A stretch of 53,008 nucleotides of DNA. Origin: Actinomycetota bacterium (GTDB lineage Bacteria; Actinomycetota; Acidimicrobiia; Acidimicrobiales; JACCXE01). Shown piece by piece: positions 1-11,124 of the stretch (position 1 is its first letter; every line of letters starts with the position of its first letter). The notes under the pieces were generated by a model. It made no database searches. It saw nothing but the letters and a program-made list of their open reading frames with translations, and was not told the origin of the DNA. Made by a program: the position numbers and the translations under genes. The DNA is taken from contig JBEEFR010000134.1 of the NCBI GenBank assembly GCA_041166285.1, positions 1-53,008 on the forward strand. The letters are read 5' to 3'.

Positions 1-312
1 GACCGCGTCGGCATCAAGCTGGCGCCGCTCGTGGTCAACGGCGTGTATCCCGTGCTCGATCTCGACATCGGCGCGATCGCGCGCGAGGGCGTCGACGGCA
101 CCGACGCGGAGAACCTGCGCGCCGCCGCCGAGTTCCGTCTCCATCGCCAGGCGCTTCAGGCCGAGCAGGTGACGCGCCTGCGTGACGCGTTGCCGTTGCC
201 GCAGCTCGTGTTGCCGCAGCTGTTCACGTCCGCGCTCGGAGCGTCGGAACTCAAAGAGCTGGCGCAGTCGATGGCCGAGCAAGTGGCGCAGTTGCCGGCG
301 GTGACGTCGTGA
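1..312 (+). CDS. ArsA/Get3-like ATPase, C-terminal fragment (5' end outside window)
   Basis: Frame 1 is open from base 1 to TGA 310-312. The tail (DRVGIKLAPLVVNGVYPV...) and the GTGA overlap with the next ArsA-type gene fit the first member of a paired ArsA-like ATPase operon. Confidence 0.5.
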   Translation, partial: DRVGIKLAPLVVNGVYPVLDLDIGAIAREGVDGTDAENLRAAAEFRLHRQALQAEQVTRLRDALPLPQLVLPQLFTSALGASELKELAQSMAEQVAQLPAVTS

Positions 313-1364
313 CGAGCGTCCACGACCTTGCGGCGACGCGCAGCGTCATCGTGTGCTGCGGATCGGGCGGCGTCGGCAAGACGACGACCGCGGCGGCGCT
401 GGCCGTGGAGGCGGCGGCGCGTGGACGCCGCGCCTGCGTCGTCACGATCGACCCCGCACGCCGGCTGGCCGACGCGCTCGGGCTCGGAGAACTCACGAAC
501 GAGCCCGGCAAGGTCGACGGGCCGTGGCCCGGCGAACTCTCGGCGCTCATGCTCGACACCAAGTCGACCTTCGACGCCATCGTCGCCAAGTACGCGTCGT
601 CGCCGGAGCAGGCCGAGCGCATCATCAACAACCGCCTGTACCGCAACATCTCCGGCGCGCTCTCCGGCACGCAGGAATACATGGCGATGGAAAAGCTCCA
701 CGAGTTGCACTCCACCGATGGGTTCGACGTCATCGTCATCGACACGCCGCCGACGCGCAACGCCCTCGACTTCCTCGACGCGCCGCGTCGCATCACCCGC
801 TTCTTGGACAACCGGTTGTTCCGCTTGCTGGTCATGCCGACGACGACCTACATGCGTGCGGTCGGCGCGGCGACGCAGCGGATCCTGCGCACCATCGCGC
901 GCGTCGTCGGAGCCGAGGTCGTCGACGACGCCATCGCGTTCTTCGAAGCGTTCGAAGGGATGGAGCAAGGCTTCCGCGATCGCGCCCAGGCCGTCATCAA
1001 ACTGCTCTCGGACGACGCCACCGCGTTCGTCGTCGTTGCGTCGCCACGCCGCGACGCGGCTCACGAAGCTGTGTTCTTCGCCGACAAGCTCGTGGAAGCG
1101 GGCCTCGGGGTGGACGCCGTGATCGTCAACCGGATGCAACCCGCGTTCGGTGACCGCGAACCCCGGCTGCCGGACGACGCGTCCGACGCCCTGCGGCTGC
1201 TCGCGCAGAACCGCAACGACTTCGCTGCACTTGCCGTGAGCGAACGCAAGGAGCTCGGCGAGCTCGACGCCGCGGCGAAAGGCGCAGCGGTTGCGCACGT
1301 GCCGGTGTTCAAGGGCGACGTACACGATCTCGAAGGCCTCGACGCCGTCCGCGCCCACCTCTGA
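309..1364 (+). CDS. ArsA/Get3-family ATPase
   Basis: 351-aa ORF with a GTG start overlapping the upstream stop (GTGA). N-terminal P-loop CGSGGVGKTTTAAALA, DTPPT motif, overall ArsA-type anion-transporting ATPase pattern. Confidence 0.85.
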   Translation: MTSVHDLAATRSVIVCCGSGGVGKTTTAAALAVEAAARGRRACVVTIDPARRLADALGLGELTNEPGKVDGPWPGELSALMLDTKSTFDAIVAKYASSPEQAERIINNRLYRNISGALSGTQEYMAMEKLHELHSTDGFDVIVIDTPPTRNALDFLDAPRRITRFLDNRLFRLLVMPTTTYMRAVGAATQRILRTIARVVGAEVVDDAIAFFEAFEGMEQGFRDRAQAVIKLLSDDATAFVVVASPRRDAAHEAVFFADKLVEAGLGVDAVIVNRMQPAFGDREPRLPDDASDALRLLAQNRNDFAALAVSERKELGELDAAAKGAAVAHVPVFKGDVHDLEGLDAVRAHL

Positions 1365-1368
1365 CGAA

Positions 1369-1374
1369 TAGATT
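1369..1374 (+). promoter_or_regulatory. Candidate -10 box (TAGATT) for a leaderless transcript
   Basis: The TANNNT hexamer ends 6 nt before GTG 1381. There is no Shine-Dalgarno in the 16-nt gap. Confidence 0.35.
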
Positions 1375-1380
1375 GCGCAC

Positions 1381-1794
1381 GTGCCGCTGATCCTCGTTGC
1401 CGCCGATGCCGCGTTCGTCCGCGACGAGGTGAACGCCGCGCTCGCCGGCGACTACGAGTTGATCGCCGTCGGCGGCGGGCGCGACGTGCGTCCGGCGCTC
1501 GAGGAGTACAACGTCGACCTCGCCATCCTCGACATGCAGATGGGGTCGATGGGGGGCATCGCCGCCACGATGGACATCCGGCTCGAGGAAGGCGCCGGGC
1601 GAATCGGCCACGTCGCCGTTCTGCTGCTGCTCGACCGGCGCGCCGACGTGTTCATGGCTCGCCGGGCCGGAGCCGAAGGCTTCCTCGTGAAGCCGCTCTC
1701 GCCGCTCAAGCTGCGCCGTGCCGTCGCCGCGCTGCTGGCCGACGGCACCTACGAGGACACGGCGCACACGCCGAATCCCGTCCTCGTTCAATAA
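1381..1794 (+). CDS. Stand-alone response-regulator receiver domain protein (atypical)
   Basis: 137-aa ORF. CheY-like pattern with acceptor context LAILDMQMG and conserved Lys in FLVKPL. No output domain. Confidence 0.8.
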   Translation: MPLILVAADAAFVRDEVNAALAGDYELIAVGGGRDVRPALEEYNVDLAILDMQMGSMGGIAATMDIRLEEGAGRIGHVAVLLLLDRRADVFMARRAGAEGFLVKPLSPLKLRRAVAALLADGTYEDTAHTPNPVLVQ

Positions 1795-1815
1795 TCTTCT
1801 AACCTCTACCGCCCA

Positions 1816-1892
1816 CGGGTGGTGGCTCAGCTTGGTAGAGCGCTGCGTTCGGGACGCAGAGGTCGGGAGTTCAAATCTCCCCCACCCGACCA
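1816..1892 (+). tRNA. tRNA-Pro (anticodon CGG), CCA encoded
   Basis: Cloverleaf readable: acceptor CGGGTGG/CCACCCG, T arm GGGAG-TTCAAAT-CTCCC, anticodon stem CTGCG/CGCAG with loop TTCGGGA. Confidence 0.95.
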
Positions 1893-1895
1893 CAC

Positions 1896-2336
1896 ATGGC
1901 TGATCGTTACGTCCAACCCGGTTGGTTCACGCGCAACGTGCTCAACCGCGCCGTCAACGGGCTGACAAAACTCGGTATCAGCGTCCTCGGGTCGCGCGAG
2001 CTGCGCGTGCGTGGGCGCAAGACCGGCGAGTGGCGCAAGGTGCCCGTCAACCTGCTGACCCTCGACGGCACGCGCTATCTCGTCGCGCCCCGTGGCCACA
2101 CGCAGTGGGTGCGCAACCTCCGCGTGAGTCAGGCGGGTGAGTTGCGCGTCGGCCGCCGCGTCGAGACGTTCACCGCGACCGAGTTGCCCGACGACGAGAA
2201 AGTCGACGTGTTGCGCGCGTACCTGAAGCGTTGGAAGGTCGAGGTCGGCGTGTTCTTCGGTGGCGTCGACGCAAACGCGTCCGACGACGAACTACGTCGG
2301 ATTGCGCCGGACCATCCAGTGTTTCGCCTGAGGTAG
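1896..2336 (+). CDS. Deazaflavin (F420)-dependent nitroreductase family protein (DUF385)
   Basis: 146-aa ORF. GRKTGEWRKVPVNLLTLDGTRYLVAPRGHTQWVRNL matches the DUF385 signature. Confidence 0.8.
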   Translation: MADRYVQPGWFTRNVLNRAVNGLTKLGISVLGSRELRVRGRKTGEWRKVPVNLLTLDGTRYLVAPRGHTQWVRNLRVSQAGELRVGRRVETFTATELPDDEKVDVLRAYLKRWKVEVGVFFGGVDANASDDELRRIAPDHPVFRLR

Positions 2337-3110
2337 CCAGTCCTCCAACAGTTCGGTGTGTAGACCCGCGGCGCGCGCGGCGTCGACGAACGCCTGCATG
2401 TCTGTGTGGAACTCGGGGCGGAAGTGCATCAGCACGATGTCGCCGGGCCGCAGCGTGCGCGCCAGTTGGTATTGCAACGCGCCCTGGTCGACGGTCGCCA
2501 CCCACGTGACGATGGCGCGCATCCCGCACGCGGCTGCCGCGCGCTGCGTGTCGGTGTTGTAGGCGCCGCCCGGCGGGCGGAAGAAGATCGGCCGTCGGCC
2601 GAACTGCTGCCGTTGCAGATCGGCTTCCCCGCATATCTCCTGGACCTGTTCGGCGTAACTGAGTCCCGGCATCAGGCGGTGAGAGATCGAGTGGTTCTCG
2701 ACGAGGTTCCCCGCGGCGACGAACGGCGCGAAGAACTCCGGGTTGCGGTGGATCAAAGCGTTGGCGAGGAACAGCGACGCGTGGACGTCGCTGCTCTGCA
2801 TCATCGGCAATTCGTCCGCGTCTTTGTGCACACCGTCGTCGATCCCGAGGAACACCACAGGCTCGTGCGTCGGAACGCGCGCGACGACGGGTGCGAGCCC
2901 GTGCTCGACGGGCGGGATGTGCCAGTCGTGCGGCGTGACCGGAGCCGTGGTCGGACTTGTCGTCGTCGTCGGATCGGCGAGCGCGACGGCACGCTCGAGG
3001 TGGCGCGGCTGGAACGCGGTGGCTTCTTCGACCACGCCCGCGGTCGGAAACACGAGCGCGCTCAAGAGCGACGCGATGACAACCACGTAGAGAGCCGAAC
3101 GGCGAGACAT
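2292..3110 (-). CDS. Polysaccharide deacetylase (NodB homology) family protein, secreted or membrane-anchored
   Basis: 272-aa ORF. N-terminal hydrophobic segment ALYVVVIASLLSALVF. NodB-type motifs FLGIDDG, NHSISH, FFRPPGG. Confidence 0.8.
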   Translation of the reverse strand: MSRRSALYVVVIASLLSALVFPTAGVVEEATAFQPRHLERAVALADPTTTTSPTTAPVTPHDWHIPPVEHGLAPVVARVPTHEPVVFLGIDDGVHKDADELPMMQSSDVHASLFLANALIHRNPEFFAPFVAAGNLVENHSISHRLMPGLSYAEQVQEICGEADLQRQQFGRRPIFFRPPGGAYNTDTQRAAAACGMRAIVTWVATVDQGALQYQLARTLRPGDIVLMHFRPEFHTDMQAFVDAARAAGLHTELLEDWLPQAKHWMVRRNPT

Positions 3111-3183
3111 AGGGGAAGTGGGTTGCCGGGCGGGTGCCCGGGGGGATCAAGAATAACGAGCCGCGACGAAATTCGCCCAGCCG

Positions 3184-4161
3184 CTACGCGCGTCGGGCTT
3201 CGGGGTTCACGACGTTCGTTGGCGCGCCTGACGCGAATGCGTTGATTTGGTCGTATATGTCGGTGAACTGCAGGTCCCACTCCTCGCGCGTGACGTAGCC
3301 GATGTGCGGCGTGGCGACGACGTTGTCCATCGTGAGCAACGGGTGATCGACGTCGGTCATCGGCTCTTGTTCGAACACGTCGACCGCCGCCATGCCCGGT
3401 CGACCGGCGCGCAACGCGTCGACGAGCGCGCCGGATTCGATCAAGCCGGCGCGACTGGTGTTGACGAGCAACGCCGTCGGCTTCATGCGCGCCAAGTCGC
3501 CGCGCGTGACGACACCGCGCGTCGCGTCGACGAGACGCAGATGCAGCGACACGACGTCGCATTCTTCGAAGAACGCTTCGCGAGAAGGCGCGACGTTCCA
3601 ACCGTCGGCCGCGGCGCGCTCGCGCGATTCCTCTCGCGCCCAGAACTGCACGTGCATGCCGAACGCGCGGCCGTACTCCGCGATCACTTTGCCAATGCGT
3701 CCGTACCCGTAGACACCGAGCGTCTTGAACAGCAGCGTCGAGCCGACGCCGGACTGCCAGTTGCCGGCTCGGAGCGACGCCACCTGTTGCGGCAGTTGCC
3801 GCATCGCCGCCAGCACCAGCGCCCACGTCAACTCCGCCGTGGCGTACGACGGCGAACCCGCGTGCAGATCCGACGACACCACGACGCCGAGGCGCGTGCA
3901 GGCGTCGATGTCGATGTGCGGGTACACGCTGCGCTGGCTGATCAGTTTCAGGTTCGGGAGACGCTCGAGCAGCTGCGTCCCGATGGGCGTTCGTTCGCGA
4001 ATGAGCACCAACGCTTCGGTGTCGGCGAGTCGTTCCGCCAGCACGTCGACGTCGTCGACGTGGTCGTTCCACACCGTCACGTCGTGCCCGGCGAGTTTGG
4101 CGAAACTCGGTAGCGTCCGCAGCGTGTCGAACCAGTCATCCAAGATCGCAACGCGCACCAT
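3184..4161 (-). CDS. D-isomer-specific 2-hydroxyacid dehydrogenase family protein
   Basis: 325-aa ORF. NAD-binding [13 protein letters not shown] and C-terminal ATPHIGY motif. Confidence 0.85.
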   Translation of the reverse strand: MVRVAILDDWFDTLRTLPSFAKLAGHDVTVWNDHVDDVDVLAERLADTEALVLIRERTPIGTQLLERLPNLKLISQRSVYPHIDIDACTRLGVVVSSDLHAGSPSYATAELTWALVLAAMRQLPQQVASLRAGNWQSGVGSTLLFKTLGVYGYGRIGKVIAEYGRAFGMHVQFWAREESRERAAADGWNVAPSREAFFEECDVVSLHLRLVDATRGVVTRGDLARMKPTALLVNTSRAGLIESGALVDALRAGRPGMAAVDVFEQEPMTDVDHPLLTMDNVVATPHIGYVTREEWDLQFTDIYDQINAFASGAPTNVVNPEARRA

Positions 4162-4176
4162 ACAAGTCTAATACAA

Positions 4177-5127
4177 GTGCGAATCGCCCTGATCAGCGGT
4201 AAGGACGACCCGCGGCTCGCGCCCGTCGCCGACGCGTTCGAGACCGCCGGTTGCAGGGTGACGCGGCTCGTGCACCGCGACTCCGACATCACCGCGACCG
4301 CAGCGCTGCTCGACTATGCCCACGCCGCGCTCGTATGGGTCGATCCCATCACCGGCGGCGAAAACCGCAGCGCGCTCGACGCATTGCTGCGCGACGCCGC
4401 AGCGCGCGGCGTGCTCGTCAGCGCGGACCCCGACACGATCGACGCCATCGGCACCAAGGACGTCCTCTACCGCAGCCGCCACCTCGCGTGGGGCAGCGAC
4501 GTGTACCGCTACGACGACACCGCCGCGCTGCGCGCCGAGTTCCCGGCGCGGCTGGCGAACGGACCGCGTGTGCTCAAGCCCTTGCGCGGCAACGCCGGCA
4601 TCGGTGTGTGGCGCGTCGAACGCGTCGACGACACACGCGCCGAAGTCCACGGCGCCGAGGTGCGCGACCTGCAGTCCGAAATCGTGGACCTCGCGACGTT
4701 CCTTTCCCAGTTCGACGGCGTCGTGCTCGACCAGCCGTTCGTTCCCCGCGTCGCGGAGGGCATCGTGCGTTGCTACGTCGTGGTCGACGAAGTCGTCGGC
4801 TTCGCGCTCCAGGGTCCAGGCGAACTCGCCGAACATCCCGATCAGATCATGGGGCTGCCGTCACCCAAGACGATGTTTCCGGTCGACGCACCGCAGTACG
4901 CCGCCTTGCGAGACGCGATGGAGTCGCGCTGGATCACCGAGATGGGCGCCGCCGTCGGTATCGACCGCGCGCAACTTCCGCTGTTGTGGGACGCCGACTT
5001 TCTCCTCGGCGACGGAGACGACAGCTACGTGTTGTGCGAGATCAACGCCAGTTGCGTGACACCGTTTCCGCCCGAGACACCACCGCGCCTCGTCGCCGCG
5101 ACGCTCGCCCGTTTGCAAGCGTTATGA
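4177..5127 (+). CDS. ATP-grasp-like protein of unknown specificity
   Basis: 316-aa ORF with a GTG start. VLKPLRGNAGIGVWRV and C-terminal YVLCEINAS resemble ATP-grasp nucleotide/Mg elements. Family assignment is tentative. Confidence 0.55.
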   Translation: MRIALISGKDDPRLAPVADAFETAGCRVTRLVHRDSDITATAALLDYAHAALVWVDPITGGENRSALDALLRDAAARGVLVSADPDTIDAIGTKDVLYRSRHLAWGSDVYRYDDTAALRAEFPARLANGPRVLKPLRGNAGIGVWRVERVDDTRAEVHGAEVRDLQSEIVDLATFLSQFDGVVLDQPFVPRVAEGIVRCYVVVDEVVGFALQGPGELAEHPDQIMGLPSPKTMFPVDAPQYAALRDAMESRWITEMGAAVGIDRAQLPLLWDADFLLGDGDDSYVLCEINASCVTPFPPETPPRLVAATLARLQAL

Positions 5128-6693
5128 GTGCACCCAGATTTGTGAACCCAACGGCGCGAGCCCGGCGTTCCAAATGAAGTCGATGGCGGCGTTGCTCAGG
5201 CGCACGCAGCCGTGCGACGCCGGGTACGGCGGGATCGACGGCGAGCCGTGAATCGCGTGGCCGGCGGAGGTGAAGTACTTCGGCCGGTACATCGTGCCGA
5301 GGTGCGACGTGTGGTAGCCGTCGATCTGGCGGTCGAAGCTGAAGCGGCCTTCGGGGGTGTACGCGGTGTACGTGTGACCGCCGTAGGAGTATTGGCCGTT
5401 GCTCCCGGTCGACGTGTTGATCGCCCACTGCACGTTGCCGCCGCGGATTACGAACAGCAACTGGCGCGCCTTGTCGACCTCGATGAGATCACCCGACGTA
5501 CTCGCAGCGCGCGGCCGCGCGCCTGAGTTGAGCGCGGGCTGATCCTCCGGGCCGATCTTGCCGTCGCGCGGCAAGCCGTTGGCCTTCTGGAACGCGTACA
5601 CGGCCTGGGTCGTCGACGAACCGAATGTTCCGTCGACTCCCGGCAGCCAGAAGCCCAAGTCGAGCAGGCGTCGTTGCAACGCGGCGACGCCCGCGCCGGA
5701 CGCCCCTGGCGCCAACACTTCTTCGATGATGCGCGGGACACCGGCACCGGTGACGATGCTGTTGTTCCCGACCGCCACGTTCACGCCACCGCTGTACGAG
5801 GGGTCGTAGGCGAAGAACCCGCTGCCCTGCGGCCCGCCGTTCTGGTCGAACACCTTCACGTGCGGGCCACCACCCGGACCGGCGCCGGTCACGATCGCGG
5901 GGCCCAAGTTGAGCGTCCCCGCGGCGACGGTGACGCCGCCGCCGAAGCCGGGGTCGTAGGCCATCCACTCAGCGCTCACATTGCCGTTGGAGTCGAACAC
6001 GCGCACGTGCGGGCCGCCGTTGCTAAACGGTCCCGTCACGACGCGCCCGTTACCGACCGCGACGTTGACGCCGCCGGTGAAGCCCGGGTCATACGCCATC
6101 CACTCACGCTGGACTCCGCCGTTGGCGTCGAAGACGCGGACGTGCGGACCGCCGCCGAACAACGGCGCGGTGACGATGCTGTTGCCGCCGAGCGCGCCGC
6201 CGAGCTGTCCCGCGGCGACGTGGATGCCGCCCGAGAAGTTCGGGTCGTAGGCCATCCACTCACGCTTGAGCCCGCCGCCGGCGTCGAACACGCGCAGGTC
6301 GGGTCCGCCGCCGAATCCGGGACCGGTGACGATCTCGCCGTTCGCCACCGCAACCGAGACTCCGCCGCCGAAGCCTTCGACGTAGGCGTTGAACTCGCTC
6401 AGCAGTTGTCCGTCGGTCGACCACACGCGCACGCGCGGCGCCATGCCCGGGCCCGAACCGGTGACGATCTCGGGCGCCGGCGTGCCGGTGACGTCACCCA
6501 CGGCGACCGACACACCGCCGCCGAAGTTCGGGTCGTACGCGAAGAACCCGCCGCCGACGGGATCACCCGCGGCGGAGAACGTCCGCACGTGTGGACCGCC
6601 GCCCGGCTGGACGACGATGAAATTTGCGCGCGCCGGCAGCGCCAAGCCGAGGACGACGACGACGGCGGTGAGGACGACCCCGAGTCGCTTCAT
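5122..6693 (-). CDS. L,D-transpeptidase (YkuD) with N-terminal FG-GAP-like repeat region and PG-binding domain
   Basis: 523-aa ORF. Signal peptide, six ~45-aa repeats, PG_binding_1-like GVAALQRRLLDLGF...FQKANGLPRDGKIG, YkuD catalytic HGSPSIPPYPASHGCVRL. Confidence 0.85.
   Translation of the reverse strand: MKRLGVVLTAVVVVLGLALPARANFIVVQPGGGPHVRTFSAAGDPVGGGFFAYDPNFGGGVSVAVGDVTGTPAPEIVTGSGPGMAPRVRVWSTDGQLLSEFNAYVEGFGGGVSVAVANGEIVTGPGFGGGPDLRVFDAGGGLKREWMAYDPNFSGGIHVAAGQLGGALGGNSIVTAPLFGGGPHVRVFDANGGVQREWMAYDPGFTGGVNVAVGNGRVVTGPFSNGGPHVRVFDSNGNVSAEWMAYDPGFGGGVTVAAGTLNLGPAIVTGAGPGGGPHVKVFDQNGGPQGSGFFAYDPSYSGGVNVAVGNNSIVTGAGVPRIIEEVLAPGASGAGVAALQRRLLDLGFWLPGVDGTFGSSTTQAVYAFQKANGLPRDGKIGPEDQPALNSGARPRAASTSGDLIEVDKARQLLFVIRGGNVQWAINTSTGSNGQYSYGGHTYTAYTPEGRFSFDRQIDGYHTSHLGTMYRPKYFTSAGHAIHGSPSIPPYPASHGCVRLSNAAIDFIWNAGLAPLGSQIWVHS
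5740..6618 (-). repeat. Intragenic tandem repeats (six ~45-codon FG-GAP-like units)
   Basis: Repeated unit IVTGxGxGGGPHVRVFDxxGxxxxEWMAYDPxFxGGVxVAxG read directly from the translation (aa 26-318). Confidence 0.8.
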
Positions 6694-7460
6694 GGCTTGA
6701 GACTTACTCGTACGAAGCGTTCGATCATGGCGTTCATTTGGTCAGGAACCTCGAGTTGGTTGAAGTGGCCGGCGCCGAGCGTTTGGCCGATGAGGATGTT
6801 GGGGTTGAGGCGCTTCATCTCTTGCGCGTCGTTCACGGGTCCGTCGGCGCCGATCGATGCGATCGGACACCGCACCGCGGCGAGCGCCGCCGGTCCGTCG
6901 AAGTGAAGCAGCGACGCGATGGACGGGCCCGCGACCTCTTGCGGCGCGGCTTCCATGGCCGCCGCGATGTCGGCCTTGCGCTGCTGGTCGTCGGTCGGCA
7001 GGAACATCGCGTCGACGAGACCAGCGCGCGCCGACGCTCCGTCGGACGAGTTCACCGAGTTGAAGACGTCCTCGAGTATCGGGCGGATCGCCTCCGGCCA
7101 CACGAACGGCGCGGGGTCGACCATCACCGCTGCGGCTACGAGCTCGGGGCGCGTCGCCGCCAGTGCGCAGGTGATGACGCCGCCGAGCGAATGGCCGACG
7201 ACGATCGCCGGCGCAATGTCGAGTTGTTCGATCAGCGCGGCGACGTCACCGGCGAACGCCGCGATCGAATAGTCGCCGTCAGCGGCGAGCGGGCTCTTGC
7301 CGTGGCCGCGCAGGTCGAGCGCGGTCGCTCGTGACTGTTTGCCGAAGTGGTCGTACTGGGGCTTGAAGAACGACCGGTCACACGTCCAGCCGTGCACGAA
7401 CACGTACGCCGGCGAGCCGGTGCGCCCGTTGTCGTCGTAGCTCAGCGCCGCCTCCGCCAT
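6690..7460 (-). CDS. Alpha/beta hydrolase
   Basis: 256-aa ORF. FVHGW oxyanion region and nucleophile elbow GHSLGG. ATGA overlap with the downstream L,D-transpeptidase gene. Confidence 0.8.
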   Translation of the reverse strand: MAEAALSYDDNGRTGSPAYVFVHGWTCDRSFFKPQYDHFGKQSRATALDLRGHGKSPLAADGDYSIAAFAGDVAALIEQLDIAPAIVVGHSLGGVITCALAATRPELVAAAVMVDPAPFVWPEAIRPILEDVFNSVNSSDGASARAGLVDAMFLPTDDQQRKADIAAAMEAAPQEVAGPSIASLLHFDGPAALAAVRCPIASIGADGPVNDAQEMKRLNPNILIGQTLGAGHFNQLEVPDQMNAMIERFVRVSLKP

Positions 7461-7475
7461 AAGGCGAAGTGTGCC

Positions 7476-9703
<2,228 letters not shown>

Positions 9704-9774
9704 GGCTCACAAGGGTACTGACGGCGAGGGTCCGCCTTCGAAGTCGTATCGGCGGCGCGCTAGCTTTCGACGCC

Positions 9775-10572
9775 GTGCCTAGCGACAAACGACAGCGCCA
9801 ACGCGAGAACAGCCGAGCCCGCCAGGAGGCGATGGCGGCGGTGGCACAGCGGCGTCGCCGACGGACGCAGTCGATCGTCGTCGTCGGCGCGGCGGTCATC
9901 ATCGGCGGTCTCCTGTTCTGGGCGTCCCGCGGTGGCAACGACGACAAGGCTTCGTCCACCGCCCCCACGACGTCCACGACCCTCAAGCCGCGCAAGGGCG
10001 ACGCCGACGTCTGCCCGCCCGCGAAGGGGACGCCGAAGCGCTTCACCACCTTCGACCACGCGCCGATCATGTGCATCGACACGGCGAAGAAGTACACCGC
10101 GGCGATCAAAACCGACGTCGGCACGGTGACCGTCGAGCTGAACGCCGAGGCGGCGCCCAAGACCGTCAACAACTTCGTGTTCCTCGCTCGGAACCACTAC
10201 TTCGACGGCATCATCTTCCACCGCGTCATCCCCGACTTCATGGATCAGACCGGCGACCCGCAGGGCAACGGCCGCGGCGGGCCCGGATACGCGTTCGAAG
10301 ACGAAATCCCCGACAACTACGTCTACAGCGAGGGCGACGTCGCCATGGCGAACTCCGGACCGAACACGAACGGTTCTCAGTTCTTCCTCGTCGCTTCGCA
10401 GAAGGGCGCCGAGACGTTGCTGCAAGCCGTCGGCGGGGTACCTAAGTACACGCCGTTCGGCCACGTCACCAAGGGCCTGTCCGTCGTCAAGAAGATCAAC
10501 AAGGACGGATCGGGGGGCGGCGAACCGAACGTCGACCACCACATGGTTTCCGTCACCATCACCGAGGAGTAA
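9775..10572 (+). CDS. Membrane-anchored peptidyl-prolyl cis-trans isomerase (cyclophilin type)
   Basis: 265-aa ORF with a GTG start. Basic N-terminus plus TM IVVVGAAVIIGGLLFWA. Cyclophilin core FHRVIPDFMDQTGDP...GGPGY. Confidence 0.85.
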   Translation: MPSDKRQRQRENSRARQEAMAAVAQRRRRRTQSIVVVGAAVIIGGLLFWASRGGNDDKASSTAPTTSTTLKPRKGDADVCPPAKGTPKRFTTFDHAPIMCIDTAKKYTAAIKTDVGTVTVELNAEAAPKTVNNFVFLARNHYFDGIIFHRVIPDFMDQTGDPQGNGRGGPGYAFEDEIPDNYVYSEGDVAMANSGPNTNGSQFFLVASQKGAETLLQAVGGVPKYTPFGHVTKGLSVVKKINKDGSGGGEPNVDHHMVSVTITEE

Positions 10573-10575
10573 CCG

Positions 10576-11124
10576 TTGTCCGAATTTCCTAGCGACCATC
10601 TTCCGGAGCGCACGACGCGCTTTTCCGGCGAACCGCCGATGGGCATCGATCCCGACAAGCGCTACACCGCGGTGATCTCGACGTCGAAGGGTGACATCAC
10701 CGTCGCACTGGCGCCCGAACGCGCGCCGAAGACCGTGAACTCGTTCGTGTTCCTGGCGCGCAACGGCTACTTCGACGGCCTGAACTTCCACCGCATCATC
10801 CCGGGATTCGTGCTCCAGGGCGGCTGCCCGGAGGGCTCGGGACGCGGCGGGCCCGGCTACCAATTCGCCGACGAGCTCCCGCCCGCCGGCCGCTACGAGG
10901 TCGGGTCGCTGGCGATGGCCAACGCCGGCCCGAACACGAACGGCTCCCAGTTCTTCATCATCAGCGGGCAGGACGGTGTGCGACTCCCACCGCAGTATTC
11001 GCGGTTCGGTCAGGTCACCCAAGGACTCGACGTCGTGCAGAAGATCAACGACCTCGGCTCACGCTCGGGCACGCCGACCGAGGACGTGAAGATCAACTCC
11101 GTCCGGATTACGGAAGCCGCGTAA
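10576..11124 (+). CDS. Peptidyl-prolyl cis-trans isomerase (cyclophilin type)
   Basis: 182-aa ORF. TTG start 6 nt after GAGGAG. Core FHRIIPGFVLQGGCP...GGPGYQF. Confidence 0.9.
   Translation: MSEFPSDHLPERTTRFSGEPPMGIDPDKRYTAVISTSKGDITVALAPERAPKTVNSFVFLARNGYFDGLNFHRIIPGFVLQGGCPEGSGRGGPGYQFADELPPAGRYEVGSLAMANAGPNTNGSQFFIISGQDGVRLPPQYSRFGQVTQGLDVVQKINDLGSRSGTPTEDVKINSVRITEAA

Noticed and set aside
156-1358. 400-aa minus-strand ORF and other alternate-frame ORFs over the ArsA gene
   Set aside because: The plus-strand frame has the P-loop and ArsA motifs. The others are compositional artefacts.
3112-3146. G-tract cluster (gggg..ggg..ggg.ggg..gggggg) as a G-quadruplex regulatory element
   Set aside because: Such runs are expected frequently at this GC content. 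It sits in an ordinary 73-nt gap between co-oriented genes and has no supporting context.
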